NCBI GenBank assembly: GCA_031367385.1
Contig: JANLPS010000460.1
Location: forward strand, 1 to 20,110
Source: Archangium sp.
GTDB taxonomy: Bacteria; Myxococcota; Myxococcia; Myxococcales; Myxococcaceae
DNA: 20,110 nucleotides
Reading direction: 5' to 3'
Shown: piece after piece, positions 9,661 to 16,998 of the stretch
How positions within the stretch are numbered: the stretch's first letter is position 1
Layout: each line of letters starts with the position of its first letter
The notes under the pieces: generated by a model
Database searches by the model: none
The model's input: only the letters and a program-made list of their open reading frames with translations
What the model was told of the DNA's origin: nothing
Position numbers and translations under genes: made by a program

Positions 9661-9681
9661 GAACGTGTTGAATACACGTTC
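9661..9681. promoter_or_regulatory. Perfect 8-5-8 inverted repeat GAACGTGT-TGAAT-ACACGTTC, candidate operator
   Basis: Lies in the AT-richer divergent intergenic region, 64 bp upstream of the cytochrome ATG. Confidence 0.45.
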
Positions 9682-9745
9682 CTCCGTTCGGGGAAATCTC
9701 CGCAGCAGCAGGCCCGCCGTCTTCGCTTTTTTTGAAGGGTGCCCA

Positions 9746-11797
9746 ATGAAAACCCGTCTTCTCGCAGCAGCGTTCGCGCTGTCGTTCGTCGCTTGTTCGA
9801 ATTCTCCCGGAGGCAACGGCAATTCGGCCAGCGGCTCGATCGCGGTGACCCGAGACGACGCGTTGTTGTACGCGGCCGACGCCGATCGCAACTCGGTCTT
9901 CGTGGTCGATGCCAAGACCGACACCAAGCTCGCCGAGATTCAGGTCGGCAAGCAGCCTGAAAAGGTGTTGGTCACGCTTGGCGACGTCGTCTACGTCACC
10001 AACCGCCTGGGCCGAAGTGTCTCGGTCATTCGCCGCGGTGAGACCACCGAGAGCAGCCGTATCGACGTCGGCGTCGAGCCCGTCAGCCTGGCGATCTCGA
10101 GCGACGAGAAGACCCTCTTCGTGGTCAACGCCGCCTCGCTCGACGAGACCGAGTTCGGCACCCTGATGGCCTTCGACACCAAGACCCAGGCGCTCAAGTG
10201 GGAGCTGCCCGTCGGCCACGAGCCCCGCGGCCTCGCCTTGCTGCCCGGCGACAAGGCGATGATCTCGCTCTACAAAGACGGCGACGTGGTGCTCGTCGAC
10301 CTGGCGCACCAGAAGGTGATCAGCTCGAACAGCGGCCTCTACCAGCAGCTCAACCGCACCGCGCTCGGCATCAACAACGACACGGCGCGGCCACCTGAGC
10401 CTGGCTTCGGCGGCATCACCACCGCTCACGCGCTCGGCATGGAGGCCCTGGTCACCAACCTCGAAGGCACCCAGGTCTTCGCGGCCTCGCTGCTCTCGTC
10501 AGACCAGGTCTTGGCCACCAAGTCGTTCAGCGATGTCTCCACCGGCAACGTCGACCCCAAGACCGGCGCCTTCGAGCCCAACGGCAGCTCGAGCGCAGGC
10601 TACGCAGGCGGTAATTGCGGAGCGGCCGCCGTCGCATCACCCACCGTGCTCACCTTCGATACCCTGGCCCAGCCCATCGTCGACGACATCTCGACCTGCC
10701 TGGCGCAAGGCGTGGGCGAGCGGCCCCCGATGATGTTGACCTCGAACCTGCCAGGCATGCCGGTACAAGGCCCTGTCGCCTTGGCCCTCGACCCGACCGG
10801 CGCCTTCTTGTTCGTCGCCAACCGCGAGTCGAACAACGTGGCCATCGTGCCGACCATCTCGCGCGCTCCGAGCGATGACACCGGCAACCTGGCCGTCGCC
10901 ACCAAGCTGGGCACCTTCGATGGCCGCAGCGCGATGGGCTCGGTCAAGAACCTGGTCAACGTCGGCGCCGGCCCCACCGGCGTCGCGGTCTCGCACGACG
11001 GTCAGAAGGCCTGGGTCTACAACGGGTTCGATCACTCCATCTCGCGCCTCGAGTCGAAGGCCGGCGTCATCTCGAACGTGGGCACCACCCAGCTCGGCGA
11101 AGACGTGCTGCCGACTGAGGTGGTCATCGGCCGCAAGCTGTTCTTCAGCGCCGTCGACGCGCGCATGAACAACCCGGGCACCGGCATCGCCTGCGCCAGC
11201 TGCCACCTCGAAGGCCGCGAAGACGGCCACGTGTGGAACACGATGGAGGGCCCGCGCCAGACGCCGTCATTGGCCGGCCGCATGACGGCTCAAACCGCTC
11301 CCTTTCACTGGAACGGCGAGTTCCCCGACTTGATGGCGTTCATGTCGCACACCGTGACGAGCCGCATGGGCGGCGCTGGCGTGTCACCGGTGATGGAGAC
11401 GCAGATCGCCTCGTTCATCGCCAACATCCCCTCGCCTGACAACGCCATCAAGGAGCGCATGCCCATCGAGTCGTTGGCCCGTGGCAAGGCGGCCTTCGAC
11501 AAGGCGCAGTGCGCGAGCTGCCACACCGGCGAAGCGCTCACCGACAACAAGTTCGCCAACGTCGGCACCATGGTCACCACAGGGCCCGTCACCGACCGGG
11601 TCGAGTTCAACCTGAAGGGCTTGAACACGCCCTCGCTGCTCGGCGTCTCACGCAGCGGGCCGTACCTGCACGACGGCAGCGCGACTACCTTGCGCGCTCG
11701 CATCATGCGAAACAAAGACACCAACCTGCACGGCGAGACGGCTCAGCTGACCGACACCGAGGTCAGCGACTTGGTCAATTACCTCAAGACGCTGTAA
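9746..11797 (+). CDS. Lipoprotein: YVTN/YncE-type beta-propeller fused to a di-heme cytochrome c domain of the bCcP/MauG superfamily (683 aa)
   Basis: Start at ATG 9746 (MKTRLLAAAFALSFVAC). Blades with VGKQP..YVTNR, VGVEP, VGHEPRG, FVANRESNNV, VGAGPTG. GRKLFF, CASCH at 11192-11206 and 11510-11524, RQTPSL..PFHWNG, NTPSL..PYLHDGS, LVNYLKTL. Confidence 0.88.
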   Translation: MKTRLLAAAFALSFVACSNSPGGNGNSASGSIAVTRDDALLYAADADRNSVFVVDAKTDTKLAEIQVGKQPEKVLVTLGDVVYVTNRLGRSVSVIRRGETTESSRIDVGVEPVSLAISSDEKTLFVVNAASLDETEFGTLMAFDTKTQALKWELPVGHEPRGLALLPGDKAMISLYKDGDVVLVDLAHQKVISSNSGLYQQLNRTALGINNDTARPPEPGFGGITTAHALGMEALVTNLEGTQVFAASLLSSDQVLATKSFSDVSTGNVDPKTGAFEPNGSSSAGYAGGNCGAAAVASPTVLTFDTLAQPIVDDISTCLAQGVGERPPMMLTSNLPGMPVQGPVALALDPTGAFLFVANRESNNVAIVPTISRAPSDDTGNLAVATKLGTFDGRSAMGSVKNLVNVGAGPTGVAVSHDGQKAWVYNGFDHSISRLESKAGVISNVGTTQLGEDVLPTEVVIGRKLFFSAVDARMNNPGTGIACASCHLEGREDGHVWNTMEGPRQTPSLAGRMTAQTAPFHWNGEFPDLMAFMSHTVTSRMGGAGVSPVMETQIASFIANIPSPDNAIKERMPIESLARGKAAFDKAQCASCHTGEALTDNKFANVGTMVTTGPVTDRVEFNLKGLNTPSLLGVSRSGPYLHDGSATTLRARIMRNKDTNLHGETAQLTDTEVSDLVNYLKTL

Positions 11798-11814
11798 CGC
11801 GAGTCTTTTCGAAG

Positions 11815-11857
11815 AAAACCTCCCGTTCTCCTTCTTGAGGAGAGCGGGATTTTTTTT
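11815..11857. terminator. Rho-independent terminator, probably bidirectional
   Basis: 12-bp stem TCCCGTTCTCCT (11821-11832) / AGGAGAGCGGGA (11838-11849) with one G-U pair, T8 downstream and AAAA upstream. Lies between two convergent stop codons. Confidence 0.88.
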
Positions 11858-12089
11858 ACTTCGCGTTGCCCGGCGCGGGCATGGGCTCAGGCGCGGGGGC
11901 TGGCATTGGCTTGAGCTTCTTGGTGCCCTTGCCGGCGGTGGTCGCGGTGGCGGGCGCTCCCGATGTGGGCGGTGCGGGAGCGGGGGCCTCGGGGCTCGTC
12001 TTCGGCACCGGAGCGGGGGTCGGCGCGGGGGCTTGGGCGAAGACCGAGAGCGAGACGGCGAGGGCGAGGGTGGTCAACAAACGGCACAT
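11856..12089 (-). CDS. Small Pro/Ala-rich secreted protein (77 aa)
   Basis: AGGAGG 5 nt before ATG 12089. Sec-type signal MCRLLTTLALAVSLSVFA followed by a low-complexity PAPTPAP...PMPAPAPEPMPAP region. Stop codon abuts the terminator. Confidence 0.7.
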   Translation of the reverse strand: MCRLLTTLALAVSLSVFAQAPAPTPAPVPKTSPEAPAPAPPTSGAPATATTAGKGTKKLKPMPAPAPEPMPAPGNAK

Positions 12090-12133
12090 GGGAGCCTCCT
12101 GGCGTGGCAGAGCATGTAATCTGCGCAACGCGT

Positions 12134-12973
12134 ATGACGACTGAATTGCTGAGCCAGGTTGAAGCATGTGTCGCGGTTGCACGAAAGCGGGCGCCGGGGT
12201 TCGAGCCCACCTTGGGCGTGATTCTGGGCAGCGGGCTGGGAGAATTCGCCGACTCGCTCGAGCGCAAGACCGTCATCCCCTACGCTGAGCTCCCGCATTT
12301 TCCCCAGTCGTCGGTGCAGGGCCATGCGGGCCGGTTGGTGTTTGGCTACCGCGGCAGCGTGCCAATCGTCGCGATGCAGGGGCGGGTGCATTTTTACGAG
12401 GGCTACAGCGCGACCCAGGTCGCTTTTCCCGCCAGGGTGTTGTGCCGGTTGGGCATTCGCGCGCTGACGGTGACCAACGCCGCGGGCGGCATCAACATCG
12501 GCTTCGGCGTCGGCGACCTGATGGCGATCACCGACCACCTGAACCTGGCGGGCTACCACCCGTTGATTGGCGCCAATGACGAGAAGCTCGGGCCGCGTTT
12601 TCCCGACATGAGCCATGCGTATGACCCGGCGTTGCTGGGTGTGCTCCGAGCGGCGGCCAAGCACGAGCAGGTCACCTTGCGAGAGGGCGTGTACGCGAGC
12701 CTGTCTGGGCCCTCGTACGAGACCCCGGCTGAGATTCGCATGTTGCGCACCCTCGGAGCCGACGCGGTCGGCATGAGCACCGTGCCCGAGGTCATCGTCG
12801 CCGCGCACATGGGCGTCAAGGTGGCGGGCATCTCGTGCATCACCAACATGGCGGCGGGCATCGGTACCGAGAAGCTCTCGCACGCCGAGGTCAGCGAGAC
12901 GGCCAACCGCGTCAAGGGCGTGTTCGCCACCCTTCTCGGGCGTTTTCTCGACCAGGCGGCCGCCGCGGTCTGA
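12134..12973 (+). CDS. punA: Purine nucleoside phosphorylase, trimeric inosine/guanosine-specific type (279 aa)
   Basis: ILGSGLG, VQGHAG, MQGRVHFYEG, TNAAGG, RFPDMS, GPSYETPAE, GADAVGMSTVPE and SCITN (Glu/Asn pair typical of 6-oxopurine specificity). Start reassigned to ATG 12134. Confidence 0.95.
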   Translation: MTTELLSQVEACVAVARKRAPGFEPTLGVILGSGLGEFADSLERKTVIPYAELPHFPQSSVQGHAGRLVFGYRGSVPIVAMQGRVHFYEGYSATQVAFPARVLCRLGIRALTVTNAAGGINIGFGVGDLMAITDHLNLAGYHPLIGANDEKLGPRFPDMSHAYDPALLGVLRAAAKHEQVTLREGVYASLSGPSYETPAEIRMLRTLGADAVGMSTVPEVIVAAHMGVKVAGISCITNMAAGIGTEKLSHAEVSETANRVKGVFATLLGRFLDQAAAAV

Positions 12974-13025
12974 GCGGGCAGTCGTTCAAGGTACGGCCCG
13001 GGGTCTGCATACGGCCTCTCATCAG

Positions 13026-14255
13026 ATGACTCCCTCGCCTGACCTCCTGCCCCAGCCTCCCGCGCGCCGCGTCGAAGTCTCGAATCGAACGCTGCTCACC
13101 ATCGTTCTGATTCTCTTTGGCATCTGGCTGCTGCGCGAAGTGTTGCCGGTGGTCATCGTGGTCATCGCGGGCTTGATGTTGGCTGGCACGGTCTCACCGG
13201 TCGTCGACAAGCTGCTCGCTCGTGGGGTCAAGCGCTGGGCCGCGGTGACCATCGTCTTTCTGGGCGCCTTCATCGTGGTGGGGGCGCTCGCCTTTTTGAC
13301 CGCGCCGACCCTGCTCGGGCAGATCGCCGAGTTCATGCGGCACCTGCCTGAGAACCAGGTGCGGCTGGTCGAGGGCATGCGCACGTACCCGGTGCTCGAT
13401 GCGCTCGCCGACATGGTCGCCGCGTACGACTTCAAGGGCGCCACCTCGCACCTCGACATGGCGGCGGCCATCACCTTCTCGGGCACGTTGGTCGAGCTCG
13501 TGGGCTACGGCGTGACCGCGATCGTGCTGGCGATCTATTTCATCTCAGACCCGGTCACCACCCGAGGGGCGCTCTACGCCATCGTACCGCGCCGGTTTCA
13601 TGTGCGGCTCTCGCGCATCGTGCTCAACCTCGAGGTGATCGTCGGCGGCTACATTCGCGGCCAGCTGCTCACCTCGCTGTTCATCGGCGCCTTCGTCTTG
13701 GTGATGCTGACGGCGCTGGGCATCCCCAACGCGGTGGCCCTCGCGACCTTTGCCGCGCTGGCCGATGTGCTCCCGTTCGTGGGCGGGCTGCTCGCGACGG
13801 CGCCGCCGGTGCTGCTGGCGCTCCAGAAGGGGCCGGGGGTGGCGGGGCTCGTCTTCGTGCTGATGGTCGGCTACCAGGAGCTCGAGAGCCGGGTGATTGT
13901 GCCTCGGGTCTACGGCACCACGCTGCGCCTGCCTCCAGCGGCGATCGTGGTCGCGCTGCTGGTCGGAGGTCGCCTGGGCGGCATCGTCGGGGCGTTGCTG
14001 GCCCTGCCGTTCGCCGCCGGGCTTCGAATGATGGCCGAGGAGCTGCGGGTCGCTTTGCCGGGTGATGACTCGGCACGCGAGGTCGAGCAGGCGCGCGATG
14101 CGTTGGCCGAGCAGGTCTACGACAAGGCTTCGTCGGGCGCCTCGGCCGAGGAGGCTGCCGAGGTCGCCTTGCGCATCGCCACCCAGCAGAACGAGCTTCA
14201 GGCCGCCGCGGAGGCCGCTGCCGAGGCCAGCAAAAAGAGCGAGCCGAAGCCCTGA
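13026..14255 (+). CDS. AI-2E family (PerM/TqsA-like) transporter
   Basis: Multi-TM hydrophobic pattern with GGYIRGQLL, DVLPFVGG, YQELESRVIVPRVYG, GGIVGALLALP. Confidence 0.92.
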   Translation: MTPSPDLLPQPPARRVEVSNRTLLTIVLILFGIWLLREVLPVVIVVIAGLMLAGTVSPVVDKLLARGVKRWAAVTIVFLGAFIVVGALAFLTAPTLLGQIAEFMRHLPENQVRLVEGMRTYPVLDALADMVAAYDFKGATSHLDMAAAITFSGTLVELVGYGVTAIVLAIYFISDPVTTRGALYAIVPRRFHVRLSRIVLNLEVIVGGYIRGQLLTSLFIGAFVLVMLTALGIPNAVALATFAALADVLPFVGGLLATAPPVLLALQKGPGVAGLVFVLMVGYQELESRVIVPRVYGTTLRLPPAAIVVALLVGGRLGGIVGALLALPFAAGLRMMAEELRVALPGDDSAREVEQARDALAEQVYDKASSGASAEEAAEVALRIATQQNELQAAAEAAAEASKKSEPKP

Positions 14256-14352
14256 TCAGTCGTGTCGGGGTGGTGTGGCGCGCCCCGCCTGCTGGAGCAC
14301 GGTGTGGCGAGTCTGCACCCGGTCACGCGTGGCTCTCCAGGGAGAGTGGGGC

Positions 14353-14368
14353 TGGTCCGGTTAGTGCT
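14353..14368 (+). promoter_or_regulatory. Possible sigma54 -24/-12 promoter for the BON operon
   Basis: TGGTCCGGTTAGTGCT has exact GG-N10-GC spacing and 3 mismatches to TGGCACG-N4-TTGCW. It ends ~30 bp before ATG 14398. Confidence 0.35.
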
Positions 14369-14397
14369 TAAGGGGTCTCACACAAGGAGAACCACCC

Positions 14398-14859
14398 ATG
14401 AAGACCCGAATGTTTTTCACTGTCTTGACCCTCGTTACCGCGGGCGCTTGTGACGACGCGCGTTCGAAAACGAGCGTCAAGGTCACCGACAGCACCACCA
14501 ACACCGTGAAGGCCGAACGCCCGGCGGCGGTGGTCGTCAACCCCGGAGCGGCTGATCAGACCGCGCAGGCCAACAACACCAAGATCAACGAGCGCGACCG
14601 CGGCAATGACACGGTGACGCCGACTGATCAGGGCATGAGCGCTGAAGATACGCAGATCACCGCCACCATTCGCCGCAGCATGATGGACGACGACCGTCTC
14701 TCGTTCGCCGCCAAGAACGTGAAGGTCATCACCCTGAACAAGCGAGTCACCCTGCGTGGTCCGGTGAGCAGCGATGAAGAGAAGACCTCGATTGAAGCCT
14801 TGGCCAAACAGGCCAACGGCGTCTCAGTCGTCGATAGCCAGCTCGAAGTGAAGAAGTAG
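14398..14859 (+). CDS. BON-domain (OsmY-like) lipoprotein (153 aa)
   Basis: AAGGAG RBS, lipobox AGAC (Cys18), NNTKINERDR..TPTDQG, DTQITATIRR..LSFAAKNVKVIT..VTLRGPV..GVSVVDSQLEV. Confidence 0.9.
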   Translation: MKTRMFFTVLTLVTAGACDDARSKTSVKVTDSTTNTVKAERPAAVVVNPGAADQTAQANNTKINERDRGNDTVTPTDQGMSAEDTQITATIRRSMMDDDRLSFAAKNVKVITLNKRVTLRGPVSSDEEKTSIEALAKQANGVSVVDSQLEVKK

Positions 14860-14905
14860 TCGCCGCACCATTTTCTTTCAGAAACCCACACCAAAGGAGC
14901 ACGTC

Positions 14906-15466
14906 ATGAAGAAAGCAGTCATGTGTATCGCCCAGAGCCGCTCGCAGGCCGATTCAATCGTCACCAAGTTGCAGGGGCTCGGTTTTCAGAACAACGACAT
15001 CTCGGTGCTTTTCCCCGACAAAGATGGCACCAAAGACTTTGCGCACGAGCACAACACCAAGGCCCCTGAGGGCGCGGTGGCTGGCGTCGGCGCGGGTGGC
15101 GCGGTCGGCGGCACCCTCGGTCTGTTGGCCGGCATCGGCGCCCTGGCAATACCCGGCATCGGGCCGTTGATCGCGGCAGGCCCGATTCTCGCGGCGTTGA
15201 GCGGCGCGGCGGCGGGCGCGGCGGTCGGTGGCATCACCGGAGCGCTGATCGGCATGGGCATCCCCGAGATTGAGGCCAAGCGGTACGAGGGCAAGCTCAA
15301 GGGCGGCAACATCTTGATCTCGGTGCACTCCGAGACCAGCGAAGAAGAGAAGATGGCGACCGACCTGTTCAAGGCCGAGCGCGCTGAAGACATCTGCACC
15401 ACGTCTGAGGCCAGCGTGCCTTCTCCTCGCGAGAGCCGCCCGACCCCTCGTGAGAGCCGGCCGTAA
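14906..15466 (+). CDS. Glycine-zipper membrane protein of the general-stress-protein (YflT/DUF3341-like) type (186 aa)
   Basis: AAAGGAG RBS, GFQNNDISVL, EGAVAGVGAGGAVGGTLGLLAGIGALAIPGIGPLIAAGP, LIGMGIPEIEAKRYE..KGGNILISVH. Confidence 0.8.
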   Translation: MKKAVMCIAQSRSQADSIVTKLQGLGFQNNDISVLFPDKDGTKDFAHEHNTKAPEGAVAGVGAGGAVGGTLGLLAGIGALAIPGIGPLIAAGPILAALSGAAAGAAVGGITGALIGMGIPEIEAKRYEGKLKGGNILISVHSETSEEEKMATDLFKAERAEDICTTSEASVPSPRESRPTPRESRP

Positions 15467-15496
15467 TTTTGTTGAAACTCGCAGCTTGATGAGCCG

Positions 15497-15529
15497 AAGG
15501 CCGGTGAGCGAACGTGCTCGCCGGCTTTT
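15497..15529 (+). terminator. Rho-independent terminator after the BON/stress operon
   Basis: Stem GCCGGTGAGC (15500-15509) / GCTCGCCGGC (15516-15525) with one G-U pair, followed by TTTTGCTCTT. Confidence 0.7.
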
Positions 15530-15546
15530 GCTCTTATGGAGACCCG

Positions 15547-16014
15547 ATGCAATTGATTGTGATGCGGCATGGCGTGGCAGAAGTGGGCGAGCCCGGCAAA
15601 GACGAAGACCGGGCTCTGACCGGCGCGGGCAAGAAGCGAACGCACCAGGTGGTGCGTGGCTTGATGACCGTGGTGCCGAAGGTGAATACGATTTTGAGCT
15701 CACCGCTGGTGCGAGCGAGACAGACGGCGGAGATCGTCGCCGAGCACTTCAAAGCGCGAGTCGAAATTGACGAGTCGCTGCGCCCGGGGGGCGAGGCGAC
15801 GGTGGTGCTCTCGAGGCGCGCCGCGATGACGACCGTGATGGTCGGCCATGAGCCCGACTTGAGCGAGCTCATCGGCTCGCTGCTGGGCGGTGAGCGGCAG
15901 AGCGTGGTGGTGCTCAAGAAGGCCGGGTGTGTGCTGCTGCAGGTCGAGCGGGCTGACCGCGCCAAGCTGGTGTGGGCGTTGACCCCGAAGCTGCTGCGCC
16001 GGCTGGGCAAGTAA
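15547..16014 (+). CDS. sixA: Phosphohistidine phosphatase SixA (155 aa)
   Basis: GGAGA RBS. MQLIVMRHG, DRALTGAG, SSPLVRARQTA, MVGHEPDLS, LKKAG, LVWALTP. Confidence 0.9.
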   Translation: MQLIVMRHGVAEVGEPGKDEDRALTGAGKKRTHQVVRGLMTVVPKVNTILSSPLVRARQTAEIVAEHFKARVEIDESLRPGGEATVVLSRRAAMTTVMVGHEPDLSELIGSLLGGERQSVVVLKKAGCVLLQVERADRAKLVWALTPKLLRRLGK

Positions 16015-16023
16015 GCCTCGAGC

Positions 16024-16998
16024 TCACGGTACGAAGCGGTGCAAGACGGGGGTTTGCCCGCGCGCCTCGTTGCTCAGGTACAGCGCTCCGTCGCCCCCGA
16101 AGGCGATGCCCTCGGGCTGCAGGTGCACCTTGCGATCGAGCTTCTCGATTCGCCGCAAGGCTCCGCTCTGATCAACGACCAACAACAAGCGGCCCCTGGT
16201 CGAGATGATGAAGATCAGCCCGGTCTTCGGCTGAATCGCGATGCCCGAGGGGTCGACCTCACCCGCGATGATGCCGCCCAGGTCTTGCTCTCTGCCGTGC
16301 GTCTCGAGGTACGCCTCGACCGACTTGCGGGTGATCAGCAGCGCGGGCTTTGGGTCGAGCTTCTTGTTCTCCAGGTCGAACCTGTACACCGCCCAGGCCC
16401 GATTGGCCTTGTCGCCCATGGGGGTCTTGCAGGCCAGCAACAACCGGGAGCTCTGGGCCTCGTAGGCGATGCCCTCGAGGTTGCAGTCGACTCCGAGCGT
16501 GGCCGAGAAGTGCGTCGAGGCGCTGGTTGCGGGTTCGATGACATACAGCTCTCCATCGCTTCGCGCCGCGATCACTTTGCCCCCCACGGTCGCCACGCCT
16601 TCGAAGTCACCCTTCTTGTGAAAATCGATGGTCTGCAGCACCGAGCCGTCTTTGAGCGAGATGCGAAAGAGGGTGCCCTTCTCGTCGCTCACGGCCCACA
16701 GGCTCTCCTGATCATCGGCCAGCGAGAGATCAGAGATCTCTTTGAGGGGCTCGCTCAGCTCGAAGGTGTGATCGGGCTTGGCCAGCCGAAACTCGAACGC
16801 CCCGCCATCGAAGCCTCCCGAGTCGTCTGGCTGCGCCGCGCCTCGCTCAGCCGGCTCGGCGGTGGGCGCCTCGTCGCTGGGGTCACGCGCATCAGGCGCT
16901 TTGGCATTCGAGCCGATCACCCGCCAGCCAATCGCCGCGCAGACAACGCTGATCACCGCGAGCGACACCGCGCTGGTGGCGTCGAAAGGTCGCCTCAT
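16024..16998 (-). CDS. YjiK/SdiA-regulated-family beta-propeller with N-terminal membrane anchor, paralogue 2 (324 aa)
   Basis: LKEISDL, WAVSDEKG, GDFEGV, CNLEGIAY, LLACK, PSGIAIQP, QPEGIAF, LYLSNE. ATGA overlap with the upstream paralogue at 16995-16998. Confidence 0.82.
   Translation of the reverse strand: MRRPFDATSAVSLAVISVVCAAIGWRVIGSNAKAPDARDPSDEAPTAEPAERGAAQPDDSGGFDGGAFEFRLAKPDHTFELSEPLKEISDLSLADDQESLWAVSDEKGTLFRISLKDGSVLQTIDFHKKGDFEGVATVGGKVIAARSDGELYVIEPATSASTHFSATLGVDCNLEGIAYEAQSSRLLLACKTPMGDKANRAWAVYRFDLENKKLDPKPALLITRKSVEAYLETHGREQDLGGIIAGEVDPSGIAIQPKTGLIFIISTRGRLLLVVDQSGALRRIEKLDRKVHLQPEGIAFGGDGALYLSNEARGQTPVLHRFVP

Noticed and set aside
9098..9745. N-terminal extension of the 899-aa cytochrome ORF
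   Set aside because: Antisense to the ankyrin gene. The lipoprotein signal starts at 9746.
9746..11797. Cytochrome cd1 nitrite reductase (NirS) call
   Set aside because: NirS has an N-terminal heme c domain before the propeller. Here two hemes are C-terminal with CcP/MauG motifs, and no nir genes are nearby.
14906..15466. Alternative complex III subunit ActD call
   Set aside because: No other act genes are nearby. The glycine-zipper pattern and BON neighbour fit a stress protein better.
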